Below are positions 39,043 through 48,623 of a stretch of DNA of 64,000 nt, in pieces. The first letter of the stretch is position 1. Each line of letters opens with the position of its first letter. The notes beneath the pieces were generated by a model that did no database searches, had not been told where the DNA came from, and saw only the letters and a program-made list of their open reading frames with translations. The DNA is from Minisyncoccia bacterium (GTDB lineage Bacteria; Patescibacteriota; Minisyncoccia; UBA6257; JAAZHW01): contig JBNASH010000033.1 of NCBI GenBank assembly GCA_049720475.1, positions 3,784 to 67,783 on the forward strand, written 5' to 3'. The translations under genes were made by a program, and so were the position numbers.

Positions 39043-39594
39043 TTATTTTTGATTTTCTAATTCTTTGCTTTGTTCTGCCTGCTTTTTTAAATAATCTCCC
39101 ACCAATTTAGCTTCAGTTTTTCTAAAAGCAGTTTCCGCTCCTGCTTCCATCATTTCTTCATTTTTAGCTTCCGAACTGCTAAAACCAATTATTTTTATTC
39201 CATTCGCTAATTTTTTTATTTGATTAACAACAAGAGGGCCGCTATTCAATTCTTCATCATCTAAATCCAAATAACCGTCAACTAAAATTGTACCTGGCAA
39301 TTTTTCTTTATTTTCTATTCTTCTTTTTAACTCCTCAATAGCATCTTTAGCCTTATCAAAATGATTAAATTGATAATCAGATCCTTTACTTTCAAATTCC
39401 CACAATCTTAAACAAGCATCAACAATATTTTTATCATCATCAATAATCCAAATTTCTTTCTGGTTTAAATCCAGCAATTCTCTTTTTTCTATTTTTTCAT
39501 TAATGTTTTGGGGTGGTTGATCGCTTTTGGAAGATGATTGGTCTGTTTTTTTAAATTTGTCTATTTTATCAATAAAGCCAAACATATTATTCAT
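39043..39594 (-). CDS. Receiver-like (REC) domain protein with a ~45-aa N-terminal extension
   Basis: IWIIDDDKNIV...TILVDGYL...IIGFSS...FRK resembles the CheY fold. No output domain. Confidence 0.5.
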   Translation of the reverse strand: MNNMFGFIDKIDKFKKTDQSSSKSDQPPQNINEKIEKRELLDLNQKEIWIIDDDKNIVDACLRLWEFESKGSDYQFNHFDKAKDAIEELKRRIENKEKLPGTILVDGYLDLDDEELNSGPLVVNQIKKLANGIKIIGFSSSEAKNEEMMEAGAETAFRKTEAKLVGDYLKKQAEQSKELENQK

Positions 39595-39654
39595 TATATC
39601 TTATAATCTAAAAATCTGCAATTGAGCGGTGTGTATTTGAAAAAATCCGAACTG

Positions 39655-39760
39655 ATTTTGTGACTGATTGGCTCGGCGGGCGGAATTCCCTCCGAATATC
39701 CCTCTTCCGCCTACCTCGCACTGAAGCGGAAGCGAAAAGGACGATCTCAAATTTTTATTT
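39655..39760. other. GC-rich structured spacer (candidate ncRNA or decayed tRNA-like remnant)
   Basis: GGCGGA...TCCGCC and CTTCCGC...GCGGAAG stems share the TCTTCCGCC segment, so they are mutually exclusive. The minus strand ends in ...CCGCCCGCCGAGCCA. It stands out from the AT-rich flanks. Confidence 0.3.
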
Positions 39761-39808
39761 AGCAGCAAATTCTTTGGTTATTCTTTTAAATATTTCTTCC
39801 AAGAATGT

Positions 39809-40012
39809 TTAAAATCTGCTTCTAAATCTATGTTTTGTTTTGGAATTTGAATAACTACTACAAACAAAATTATCGTCAAACTTAAATAATAAATATTTAA
39901 GTTTTCTGACCAAAATTTCCCAATCGCCCAAAAAGAAACCCATATAAACACACTCCAAATAACCGGCGCGATTAAAAATGTAGAAATCGGGATCTGATTT
40001 TTTAGTTTTCAT
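39809..40012 (-). CDS. Hypothetical protein (67 aa), last gene of the XRE-led operon
   Basis: Its ATG overlaps the stop of the upstream small ORF (ATGA). No motif recognised. Confidence 0.4.
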   Translation of the reverse strand: MKTKKSDPDFYIFNRAGYLECVYMGFFLGDWEILVRKLKYLLFKFDDNFVCSSYSNSKTKHRFRSRF

Positions 40013-40122
40013 TCGCGCTTTAATTTTTTCGCTCTGGACAAAGCTAAAAAAAGAAGGTAAATAATTTGGCTAAAAGCAAACATCCTAAAAAATAAACCAA
40101 ATATGAAAATTGCAATTCCCAT
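40009..40122 (-). CDS. Small hydrophobic protein (37 aa)
   Basis: Not in the track. Hand translation gives MGIAIFIFGLFFRMFAFSQIIYLLFLALSRAKKLKRE. Its start lies 1 nt after the upstream stop. Confidence 0.4.
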   Translation of the reverse strand: MGIAIFIFGLFFRMFAFSQIIYLLFLALSRAKKLKRE

Positions 40123-40123
40123 A

Positions 40124-40834
40124 TTAGTAGTTTAAATTATTTTTAATAATAACCTCATTTGGCAATTCGGTTTGACCTGCCATAGAGCGACAATCTACTG
40201 CTGAATGGCCTTTTAATAAATCAGTGATTGAATTATCTAATTTTTCTTTCTTATCCTTGTTTCGTAATTTGTGCACTACATATTCGTATAAAATCCCGAC
40301 CGTAAGCGGAAGCAAAATAATATCGGGTCCGGCAGACATATGAAAGATATGACCCAAGCCATTGCCACCGGAACGCTCAAAAACTAAAAAACTATATTTT
40401 GCCAACGAATAACGCGGTTCTTCATCTTCTGAAAAAGTTAGGGGTGGCATTGGCAAAAATCTATTATAGATTTTGAATAATCCAAGCGTTGCATCTTTTT
40501 CCATTTGATCTAAGGTTTGAAAAATGATCTCATACAACTTTGGTGTAATCTCATTAGATTTTGATTTTTCGATTTCGTTTAAAAGAAATTTCCTAACAAC
40601 CTCTATCTGTCTATCATCACAGATGAAAAAGTATCGGGCTAAAAATAAGATATAACCGGCGATCAATAAGTCATCAGGTAAAAATTGCTCTTTGTATTTT
40701 GTTTCAATTTTTACAAACGAGGGGCCATAATTAAAATGCCACTCTAAAACATTGTCCTTTCGTTGAGTAAATAAATTTGTCAACCACCTAATTGGGGCGA
40801 AAATAATTGAAAATATAAAACGGAATATTGCCAT
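40124..40834 (-). CDS. Hypothetical protein (236 aa) with a hydrophobic N-terminus
   Basis: Long ORF tightly coupled to its neighbours (1-nt gaps). No family recognised. Confidence 0.5.
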   Translation of the reverse strand: MAIFRFIFSIIFAPIRWLTNLFTQRKDNVLEWHFNYGPSFVKIETKYKEQFLPDDLLIAGYILFLARYFFICDDRQIEVVRKFLLNEIEKSKSNEITPKLYEIIFQTLDQMEKDATLGLFKIYNRFLPMPPLTFSEDEEPRYSLAKYSFLVFERSGGNGLGHIFHMSAGPDIILLPLTVGILYEYVVHKLRNKDKKEKLDNSITDLLKGHSAVDCRSMAGQTELPNEVIIKNNLNY

Positions 40835-40835
40835 A

Positions 40836-41198
40836 TTATTCTTTGTTCGTTGTTAATCTATTACCACTGAAAGCACCAAAAACGACAGGAATATATAACA
40901 GCGTCATGAAATAAGCAAAATTTGCGGCTCTTTGTTCGGTGGTTGGCTCAAAACCATCATCAGCATATTGTTCGCAACCGCCATATACTGGATCAGATTG
41001 TTCTATGCAAGAGGGATTTCCCAAAGTGAAACTCGCGAATAAAGCAATCCCAGCACACCACAAAAGTCCTTTCCATAAAACTTTTTTAAGTTTTCCGTTT
41101 TTTGAGTTGTCGCGTGCTGTCTTCCAAGCAAACAACGCAACACCTGCGATTAACAGGTAGCCAAGTGCTCTAAAAATTTCATGAAAAATCAATTCCAT
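40836..41198 (-). CDS. Hypothetical 3-TM membrane protein (120 aa)
   Basis: Three hydrophobic helices and a Cys-containing loop (NPSCIEQSDPVYGGCEQY). Confidence 0.5.
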   Translation of the reverse strand: MELIFHEIFRALGYLLIAGVALFAWKTARDNSKNGKLKKVLWKGLLWCAGIALFASFTLGNPSCIEQSDPVYGGCEQYADDGFEPTTEQRAANFAYFMTLLYIPVVFGAFSGNRLTTNKE

Positions 41199-41199
41199 A

Positions 41200-41397
41200 T
41201 TATTTCAATAAATCCTCAACCGAAACGCCTAATGCTTTGGCAATTTTGGCCATAACTTGGACGCTCGGTTTTTTAACAAAATCGCCCTCTATTTTGGTAA
41301 GGGTAGTGTGTTTTACGCCAGACTTTTTCACCAAATCGTCCTGCGTTAAATCAAGTTTGTTGCGGTATTTTTTGATATTTTCACCTATTGTTGCCAT
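41200..41397 (-). CDS. XRE-family helix-turn-helix transcriptional regulator (65 aa)
   Basis: IKKYRNKLDLTQDDLVKKSGVKHTTLTKIE...MAKIAKALGVSVEDLL. A TGATATCA palindrome lies at 41411..41418 upstream. Confidence 0.85.
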   Translation of the reverse strand: MATIGENIKKYRNKLDLTQDDLVKKSGVKHTTLTKIEGDFVKKPSVQVMAKIAKALGVSVEDLLK

Positions 41398-41590
41398 AGT
41401 TTCAAAACTTTGATATCATTAAACCATAAAAGGTGATTTCAAATATATAATATTAAAAAATTTCAATTCAGTAAAGAAAGCCCGCTTCTGGCGTCCTCGC
41501 TTTGCGGGACAAAGACAAAAAATTCAATTTTACGTTTAAAATCGGCTGGCGAGCCCTTGCAGAGGGCGAGCCAGCAACCTTTTTTTTGAT

Positions 41591-41682
41591 TGGCGGTGGG
41601 GGCGAGACTCGAACTCGCATGTCCGCTCATCACGGACCCCGCTTTTCGAGAGCGGTGCCTTACCAATTCGGCGCACCCCACC
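41591..41682 (-). tRNA. tRNA-Ser (anticodon CGA), class II long variable arm, CCA encoded
   Basis: GGTGGGG/CCCCACC acceptor, anticodon loop CTCGAAA, variable arm GGTCCGTGATGAGCGGACAT, T-arm GCGAG-TTCGAGT-CTCGC, and G-CCA. Confidence 0.9.
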
Positions 41683-41699
41683 AATTTTTAAATTTCTTT

Positions 41700-43139
41700 T
41701 TATTCTAATTCGAAGGTTTGGCCGCAATCCGGTATCTCAGTAACAACACCAAAATTATCTTTTACTTTTTGAGCCAATTCTTTGGATGCTTCCTCTTCGC
41801 CATGTACAACAAATAATTTTTTAAGTCGGAATCTTAATTCTTTTATCCAATCCAAAAGCATTCTTTGATCAGCATGGGCTGAATACCCCGTAATTTGCAT
41901 TACCTTACAATTAACATTAATCAATTCATTATGAATTTCAACTTGTTTTGCTCCTTCTAAAATTTTCCTTCCTAAGGAATTTTTTGCCTGGTAAGAAACA
42001 ATTAATAAAATGCTGTGGGGGTCAGAAAGATATCTTTTTTCATGATGCAAAATTCGGCCGCCTTCCGACGATCCAGAACCAGCCAAAATCACTTTGGGTG
42101 GCGGCACAGCATTAATTGCTTTTGATTCTTCTGTTGTTAAAGTAAAAGTTAGACCCGGAAACTCAAATAATCCGCGGCCATTGCCCACAAATTTAAAAGC
42201 CTCAATTTTGATATATTCGAGATATTTTTGATAAACAGCAGTTAATTTCCCGGCTAAAGGACTATCCATAAAAATCGGTACCAAAGGAACGCGATGGTGA
42301 ACAACTAACTCATTTAACTCCACTAAAATTTCTTGTGTTCTTTCTAACGCTAAAACAGGAATCATCAACACTCCTCTATTTCGTATCACTTCTTCAATAG
42401 CATCTTCTAATAAATCTTTTCTAATCTCAGCATCTTCGTGAATTTTATTGCCATAAGTTGATTCGACTATGCAGTAATCTGCTTCCTCGCTAATAACATC
42501 AGTATCAGGCAATAAAATATTAAATGAATTTCCTAAATCTCCAGAAAATAAAATTTTTACTTCCTTTTCGGGTTTTTTTATTTTTAATAAAACAATTGCT
42601 GACCCCAAAATATGACCGGCATTATAAAAAATAAAAGAAATGCGTGGCGAAATTTTAACCTCTTGATAGTATTTTTGAGGACTAAACAGTTTTAAAGTTT
42701 CTTGCATATCATTCTCGTCATACAACAAAGGCAATCCTTGTTTTTCTGCTGCTTCTTTCATTAAATTAAAAGCATCTTCCCACAAAATAGAACAACAATC
42801 TATTGTTGGCGGCGTAGCATAAATTTTTCCTCGAAAACCATTTTTATACAACAAAGGAGCTAAACCGCTATGATCAATATGGGCATGAGTTAAGATAACG
42901 GCCTTTAATTCTTTTGGGTCAAAAGGTAATGGTTCATAATTTCTTTCGTTTCTTATATCGCGATAAATTCCGCAGTCAATTAAAACTTTTTCATTTTTAT
43001 ATTCAACTAAAAAGCGGCTTCCTTCTACTTCTTTCGCAGCGCCATAAAAAGAAATTTTAATTTTGTTATTGGTTTTTTTGCGATTAATTTGGCTATTTTT
43101 AGAATTTTTCTTTGGTTGTTTATTAATCTTCTTTGGCAC
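41700..43139 (-). CDS. MBL-fold beta-CASP ribonuclease (RNase J/CPSF-like)
   Basis: LIDCG..., ILTHAHIDHSG, STYG, and a C-terminal ...GYSAHAD...VHGE. Confidence 0.8.
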   Translation of the reverse strand: MPKKINKQPKKNSKNSQINRKKTNNKIKISFYGAAKEVEGSRFLVEYKNEKVLIDCGIYRDIRNERNYEPLPFDPKELKAVILTHAHIDHSGLAPLLYKNGFRGKIYATPPTIDCCSILWEDAFNLMKEAAEKQGLPLLYDENDMQETLKLFSPQKYYQEVKISPRISFIFYNAGHILGSAIVLLKIKKPEKEVKILFSGDLGNSFNILLPDTDVISEEADYCIVESTYGNKIHEDAEIRKDLLEDAIEEVIRNRGVLMIPVLALERTQEILVELNELVVHHRVPLVPIFMDSPLAGKLTAVYQKYLEYIKIEAFKFVGNGRGLFEFPGLTFTLTTEESKAINAVPPPKVILAGSGSSEGGRILHHEKRYLSDPHSILLIVSYQAKNSLGRKILEGAKQVEIHNELINVNCKVMQITGYSAHADQRMLLDWIKELRFRLKKLFVVHGEEEASKELAQKVKDNFGVVTEIPDCGQTFELE

Positions 43140-43620
43140 TTTTTTGACGATTTGTTATTAATTCGACAGCTTGAAGAAAAATTTTACGAGTATTAGCAAA
43201 AGTTATAGTTTTTGATGCTTCGTTTGTTGTCATCCATTTTGCTTCCGTGTGTTCGGGCGATAATCGAATGTCGCTTTCTTTAGTCTCGCCTAATAAAAAA
43301 ATGACTTTTTTATAAATCCACTCTTTCTTGCCCGTGTATTTTTGATTATTAAACCAGTAGGTAATTGATTTTTGAAAATTCGGATAAATTTGAAAATTTT
43401 TGATGCCCGTTTCTTCAAAAACTTCCCTTCTTATAGTTTCCTCTATTTTTTCATTTTTTTCAATATGTCCTTTCACAAAATCCCAGTGGCCAGCCGGATA
43501 ATGAAGGAGGAGCCAAAAAATTTTTTCGTTTTCTTTTCGAAAAAGAAAAATGCCAACAGAAATTTCAAATTTTACTTTTTTCTTTTTGCGGTTTTGAGTA
43601 ATTTTAACATTTCTGGCCAT
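43123..43620 (-). CDS. Nudix hydrolase
   Basis: GHWDFVKGHIEKNEKIEETIRREVFEETGI matches the Nudix box. The ORF overlaps the polX 3-prime end by 49 nt if the ATG at 43620 is used. Confidence 0.8.
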   Translation of the reverse strand: MARNVKITQNRKKKKVKFEISVGIFLFRKENEKIFWLLLHYPAGHWDFVKGHIEKNEKIEETIRREVFEETGIKNFQIYPNFQKSITYWFNNQKYTGKKEWIYKKVIFLLGETKESDIRLSPEHTEAKWMTTNEASKTITFANTRKIFLQAVELITNRQKSAKED

Positions 43621-45326
43621 GGTCTTGTATTAATAACATCTTCTTTTGTTGCCCAACCGCGCCGCGCTTGAGCAATACCAAATTTTAAATAATTCAGATG
43701 AGTAATCGAGTGGGCATCAGAATCAATAGAAAGTTTAACTCCAGCTTCAATAGCTTTTTTTATATGCTCATCTTTCAAATCCAATCTATCGGGAGAAGCA
43801 TTAATTTCCAAACACGTCCCGCTTTTCTTCGCTTCTTCAATAATTCTTTCAATATCAATTTCATAAGCCGGCCGTCTTAAAAGCACTCGACCAGTGGGAT
43901 GGAAAATTATATCAACATAGGGATTGCGGATGGCTTTGATTATTCTTTCAGTCATTTCTTTTTTATTCATATGAAAATGGGAATGAATGGCCGCTGCCAC
44001 TAAATCAAGTTTTTTCAAAACTGATTCATCAATATCCAAAGAGCCATCTTCTAAAATATTAACCTCAGCGCTTTTCAAAACTTTAAATTTGATCCCTTCT
44101 TTTTCTAATTTTTGATTAATACCATCAATCTCTTTCATTTGTTTCATCAATTTCTTTTCATCATTGCCACCGGTCATGGCTAAACTTTTAGTATGATCAG
44201 TAATAGCAATATACTCTAAACCAATTTTCATTGCCGCCTCAATATATTCTTCAATGGAATTGCTTCCATCAGTCCAGGTTGTTTGAATTTGGAGATCGCC
44301 TTTTAAATCATTGTAAGAAATTAATTTCGGCAATTGATGTTTTAAAGACAGCTCAATCTCTCCCCAGTCCTCTCGCATTTCTGGCTCAATATAATCCATT
44401 CCCAATTTGTGATAAATTTCTTCTTCATTTTTACCAGCAATTCTAATTTCTTTTCCTTTTTTTATTTCAAACAATCCGTACTCATTTAGTTTATAACCTT
44501 TTTTCATGGCAATTTCGCGTAAATGAATGCCGTGGGATTTAGAACCAGTAAAATAATTCAGGGCGGCACCAAAAGATTCTTCCGGCACAACCCGCAAATC
44601 AACATCCAAACCATTATTTAAGCGAATGGCTGACTTTGTTTCACCATGTGCCACCACCTCAAAAACATCATCAAGATTAACAAAATAATCCATCACCGGC
44701 TTCGGATTATCAGAAATAATTAAAATATCCAAATCGCCGATTGTTTCTTTCATTCGTCTGACTGAACCAGCAGCAATAATTTTTTTCACTTGTTTTAATT
44801 TGGCTAATTTTTCAATAATAGCTTCGATCTGCGGATAAATAAAACCCAAAATAAAACGATTGCCACCTTGTTTTAAAAATTCAATACTTTTTAAAATTTT
44901 TGCTTCGCTTTTTTCACCAAAACCTTCAATTTTTCTAATTTTTCCATCTCGCGCGGCCTTCTCTAAATCATTTATTGTTTTAATTTTTAATTTTTCATAA
45001 AGTTTTTTTAATGATTTAGGACCAACCCCTTCAACGCGCGTCAAATTATCCAAATCCAAAGGATATTTTTTGCGAAATTGTTCATAATATTTTAATTTGC
45101 CGGTTTTCAACAATTCTTCGATTTTTTCTGCAATTGAAACGCCAACACCAGGAATTTCCTCAATTCCCTTAATCCCTTTCTTTTTATAAATCTCTTTTAA
45201 TGGCGTATCTAAAGCCTCAATTGCCGAAGCAGCTTTTTCATAAGCGCGCGGTTTAAATGGTTCGCCTTCCATTTCCAAATAAAAAGAGAGATGGGATAAA
45301 ATTTTAGCAATCTCCCAATTTTGCAT
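43572..45326 (-). CDS. polX: Family X DNA polymerase with a C-terminal PHP domain
   Basis: N-terminal HhH (PRAYEKAASAIE, IPGVGVSIAEKI), GSVRRMKETIGDLDILI, then PHP motifs ITDHT and IDSDAH. Confidence 0.9.
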   Translation of the reverse strand: MQNWEIAKILSHLSFYLEMEGEPFKPRAYEKAASAIEALDTPLKEIYKKKGIKGIEEIPGVGVSIAEKIEELLKTGKLKYYEQFRKKYPLDLDNLTRVEGVGPKSLKKLYEKLKIKTINDLEKAARDGKIRKIEGFGEKSEAKILKSIEFLKQGGNRFILGFIYPQIEAIIEKLAKLKQVKKIIAAGSVRRMKETIGDLDILIISDNPKPVMDYFVNLDDVFEVVAHGETKSAIRLNNGLDVDLRVVPEESFGAALNYFTGSKSHGIHLREIAMKKGYKLNEYGLFEIKKGKEIRIAGKNEEEIYHKLGMDYIEPEMREDWGEIELSLKHQLPKLISYNDLKGDLQIQTTWTDGSNSIEEYIEAAMKIGLEYIAITDHTKSLAMTGGNDEKKLMKQMKEIDGINQKLEKEGIKFKVLKSAEVNILEDGSLDIDESVLKKLDLVAAAIHSHFHMNKKEMTERIIKAIRNPYVDIIFHPTGRVLLRRPAYEIDIERIIEEAKKSGTCLEINASPDRLDLKDEHIKKAIEAGVKLSIDSDAHSITHLNYLKFGIAQARRGWATKEDVINTRPWPEMLKLLKTAKRKK

Positions 45327-45353
45327 AATTTATTTTATTATAATCCTTTTGTT

Positions 45354-46388
45354 TTAAATAATAAACATGGCGTCACCAAAGCTGAAAAAACGATAATTAT
45401 TTTTGATAGCTTCCTTATAGGCCTTAAAAATCAAATCCTTTCCAGCAAAAGCAGAAACAAGCATTAATAAAGTTGATTTCGGTAAATGAAAATTGGTGAT
45501 TAAAGCATCAATAAATTTAAATTGATAACCGGGATAAATAAAAAGATCTACAAATTTCTGGCCGGCTTTTAAGTGATTCTTTTCGGCAAAACTTTCTAAA
45601 GTACGAGTAGTAGTTGTGCCAACAGCAATAATTCTTTGTCCTTTATCTTTGGCCTGATTTAAAAATTGGGCTGTTTTTTTATCTATCTCTGCCCATTCAG
45701 CCTCCATTTTATGTTTTTCGATTTCTTCCACTCTCACCGGTTGAAAAGTTCCCAATCCCACATGCAATGTCACATATTTAAAAATAACACCCTTCTTTTT
45801 TAATCTTTTAATCAAACGCGGAGTAAAATGAAAACCAGCCGTTGGCGCCGCCACTGATCCCAAACGTTTCGCATAACTCGTTTGATATTCCTTTAAATTT
45901 GAAAGGCGTTTAATATAAGGTGGGGTTGGTGCTTGTCCGACTTGATAAATTAATCGTTTTAATTTTTCACCTTGATAATTAAATTCAATAATTCTTTCAT
46001 AATTCAAAACTTCCTTCACTTCAGCCTTTAAACCATTTTTAAAAATAATCTCTTGCCCTCTATTTAATCCCGGCTTGCCAATCGCAATCCATTTTTTGCT
46101 CCATTGATAATTTTTTAAATTTTTGACCTGCGGACGAATTAACAAAATTTCAATTTTGCCTTTTGTGTCTGGTTTTTGCCCAATTAATCGCGCTGGCAGA
46201 ACTTTGGTGTTATTTAAAACCAAAACATCACCTCTTTTTAAAAACTTCTCTATTTCATAAAAATAATGATGGGAAATTTCACCAGTTTGGCGGTTGACAA
46301 TCATTAATTTCGAATGGTCACGAGGAGAAACTGGTTTTTGAGCAATATATTCTTTTGGTAAAAAATAATCAAATTCAGAAAGTTTCAT
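45354..46388 (-). CDS. queA: S-adenosylmethionine:tRNA ribosyltransferase-isomerase
   Basis: MKLSEFDYFLPKEYIAQKPVSPRDHSKLM...APTAGFHFT...VTLHVGLGTFQPV...GTTTTRTLES. Confidence 0.9.
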   Translation of the reverse strand: MKLSEFDYFLPKEYIAQKPVSPRDHSKLMIVNRQTGEISHHYFYEIEKFLKRGDVLVLNNTKVLPARLIGQKPDTKGKIEILLIRPQVKNLKNYQWSKKWIAIGKPGLNRGQEIIFKNGLKAEVKEVLNYERIIEFNYQGEKLKRLIYQVGQAPTPPYIKRLSNLKEYQTSYAKRLGSVAAPTAGFHFTPRLIKRLKKKGVIFKYVTLHVGLGTFQPVRVEEIEKHKMEAEWAEIDKKTAQFLNQAKDKGQRIIAVGTTTTRTLESFAEKNHLKAGQKFVDLFIYPGYQFKFIDALITNFHLPKSTLLMLVSAFAGKDLIFKAYKEAIKNNYRFFSFGDAMFII

Positions 46389-46390
46389 AA

Positions 46391-47068
46391 TTAATAATGA
46401 TAATCCCTGATTTTAAACGGTGAAAAATTAGTTTGAAAATCAAAAGTATCAATTTTTTCTTTTTTCTTCAAAAAATTAGCTACCCAATAAGTAATCGGTG
46501 TAAACAAAACTTCAATTAAAACTTTGAAAATATAATTGGAGATTATAATGGCAAAAAGAAGAGAAGAGGGAATTTTCCCTAAAAAAGCAATTAGACAAAA
46601 AATTAAGGAATCTAAAAATTCAGCTACTAAAGTTGAACCAATAGTGCGCATCCATAAAAATCGGCCCTTAGTAAAAATTTTCATTTTGGCCAATATAAAA
46701 GAATTAACAAATTCGCCCACCCAATAAGCAATAATACTTGCCAAAACAATTCTCGGCACCCAGCCTAAAATGGCTTCATAAGCCTTTTGATTGTTCCATC
46801 CTTCGGCTGGCGGCAATTTCGAAACAATTATAAAAACAAAAGCCATCAAAATATTAGCTAAAAACCCTAACCAAATCACCCGACGCATTCTTTTATAGCC
46901 ATAAACTTCAGTAAAAACATCACCTAAAATATAAGCCAAAGGAAATAAAATAGTGCCTCCATCAAAAGTCAAAGGACCGAATTTTAAAATTTTGGCTGAA
47001 ACAACATTGGAAACCAAAAGAACAACAATAAATAATGCCAAAAGAAAATCAAAATATTTAAAAAACAT
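46391..47068 (-). CDS. yhhQ: Queuosine-precursor transporter (YhhQ/DUF165 family)
   Basis: VVSAKILKFGPLTFDGGTILFPLAYILGDVFTEVYGYKRMRRVIW. Adjacent to queA. Confidence 0.75.
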   Translation of the reverse strand: MFFKYFDFLLALFIVVLLVSNVVSAKILKFGPLTFDGGTILFPLAYILGDVFTEVYGYKRMRRVIWLGFLANILMAFVFIIVSKLPPAEGWNNQKAYEAILGWVPRIVLASIIAYWVGEFVNSFILAKMKIFTKGRFLWMRTIGSTLVAEFLDSLIFCLIAFLGKIPSSLLFAIIISNYIFKVLIEVLFTPITYWVANFLKKKEKIDTFDFQTNFSPFKIRDYHY

Positions 47069-47069
47069 A

Positions 47070-48557
47070 TTATTGGAAAATTAATTTGTCTCCAACAGCA
47101 ATTTCTACATCAGAATCAATTAATATTCCGCATTCTTTGCCTTCTAAGACTTCTTTACTATCAATTTTGTTGCATTGTAAATTTAGAATTTTGCCGCGGC
47201 CAACAATTTCTTCTCCTCGCATTATTTTCACTTGCGCGCCCTTAACAATGCGGCCGTTAATAACTTTTCCACCAATTACTTGCTCGCTGCGTTTTTTGCT
47301 GAATAAAGCCAAAATTTCAACTTCTCCTTTAATCGGCGGCTCTTGCGGTTTAAACATCGTCTCTATTTCCTCTTTTAAGAATTTTTCCATTTCATAAATA
47401 ATATCAAAAGTATAAACGCGAATATTTTTAGCTTGAATAATTGTTTGCAAATCTTTTGGAATTTTAATACGGAAACCCAAAATTACTGCTGGCGCTGTTT
47501 CTGCCAAAGAAACATCCGAAACAAAAACATCACCAATTGATTCACTGATAATTTTAAGCGCTGTTCCTTCTGGTAAAGTTAAATTATTTAAAATTTTCTT
47601 CATTGCCTCAAGCGAACCAACAACATCGGCTTTTAAAATAAGATTGAGAGTATTCTCTTCGGTGGTTTTCTTTTGGATCTCAATTTGTTTTGTCTCTCTA
47701 ATTTTTTTCAATTCTTCTTCTGTTTTTTCGCCAACAAAAAATTCTTCGCCCACCTGAGGCATATCCTTAAAACCAACAATTAAAACGGGTGAGGAAAAAG
47801 TGGCTTCTTTAATTTGCTTGCCATTGCAATCCTCTAACAAACGCACTTTTCCTAAACTTGTTTCCGTATAAATTGGGTCGCCGATTTTTAAAACGCCATT
47901 CTTAATAACGGCACTCACTAAAATTCCGCGTTTATTATCAAATTTAGTTTCTAAAATGACACCATTTGCCGGCCCATCTTTTTCAGCCGTCAAATTTTCC
48001 ATATCAGCCACCAAAAGAATTAATTCCAATAATTCTTCAATATTTTTGCCTTCTTTGGCAGAGATATTAACGATCGGCACATTACCACCCCATCCCTCAA
48101 CAAAAACTCCCAATTCCGCTAATTGAGTCTTTACTCTGTCTGGATTGGCCTCGGCTCGATCAATTTTATTCAAGGCAACAATAAAGGGAATTTTAGCTTG
48201 TTGAATATGATTTAATGCCTCAATTGTTTGCGGCTTAACGCCTTCATCAGCCGCAATAATTAAAATTGCTACATCACCTACTTGCGCCCCTCGCGCTCTA
48301 ATAGCAGAAAAGGCTTCGTGTCCTGGTGTATCAATAAAAGTAATTTTTCGGCCATTGTATTCTGGATTTTTGCTCTGAACAGTAATTTCATAAGCGCCGA
48401 TATGCTGGGTAATTCCGCCTGCTTCTTTAGCTGCCACATTGCTTTTGCGAATGGTATCCAAAAGAGTGGTTTTCCCATGATCAATATGGCCCATTACTAC
48501 AACAATCGGTGGTCTGGAAACTTGATTATTTAATTGTTGCCCTTTTTTATCTGCCAT
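47070..48557 (-). CDS. infB: Translation initiation factor IF-2 (short form)
   Basis: [37 protein letters not shown] chose the ATG at 48557 (MADKKGQQ). Confidence 0.95.
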   Translation of the reverse strand: MADKKGQQLNNQVSRPPIVVVMGHIDHGKTTLLDTIRKSNVAAKEAGGITQHIGAYEITVQSKNPEYNGRKITFIDTPGHEAFSAIRARGAQVGDVAILIIAADEGVKPQTIEALNHIQQAKIPFIVALNKIDRAEANPDRVKTQLAELGVFVEGWGGNVPIVNISAKEGKNIEELLELILLVADMENLTAEKDGPANGVILETKFDNKRGILVSAVIKNGVLKIGDPIYTETSLGKVRLLEDCNGKQIKEATFSSPVLIVGFKDMPQVGEEFFVGEKTEEELKKIRETKQIEIQKKTTEENTLNLILKADVVGSLEAMKKILNNLTLPEGTALKIISESIGDVFVSDVSLAETAPAVILGFRIKIPKDLQTIIQAKNIRVYTFDIIYEMEKFLKEEIETMFKPQEPPIKGEVEILALFSKKRSEQVIGGKVINGRIVKGAQVKIMRGEEIVGRGKILNLQCNKIDSKEVLEGKECGILIDSDVEIAVGDKLIFQ

Positions 48558-48623
48558 AATTTTTATTTCCAAACTATTTTTTGTGTTTTTATCTTATCAC
48601 AAAAAATTCTTTTCGTCCACTTT

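Noticed and set aside
39655-39760. Calling the GC-rich spacer a tRNA gene or a duplicate of the tRNA-Ser 3-prime end (att site)
   Set aside because: It ends in GCCGAGCCA, but there is no matching 5-prime acceptor strand, no 7-nt T-loop and no anticodon arm. It shares no long identity with the tRNA-Ser 3-prime half at 41591..41625.
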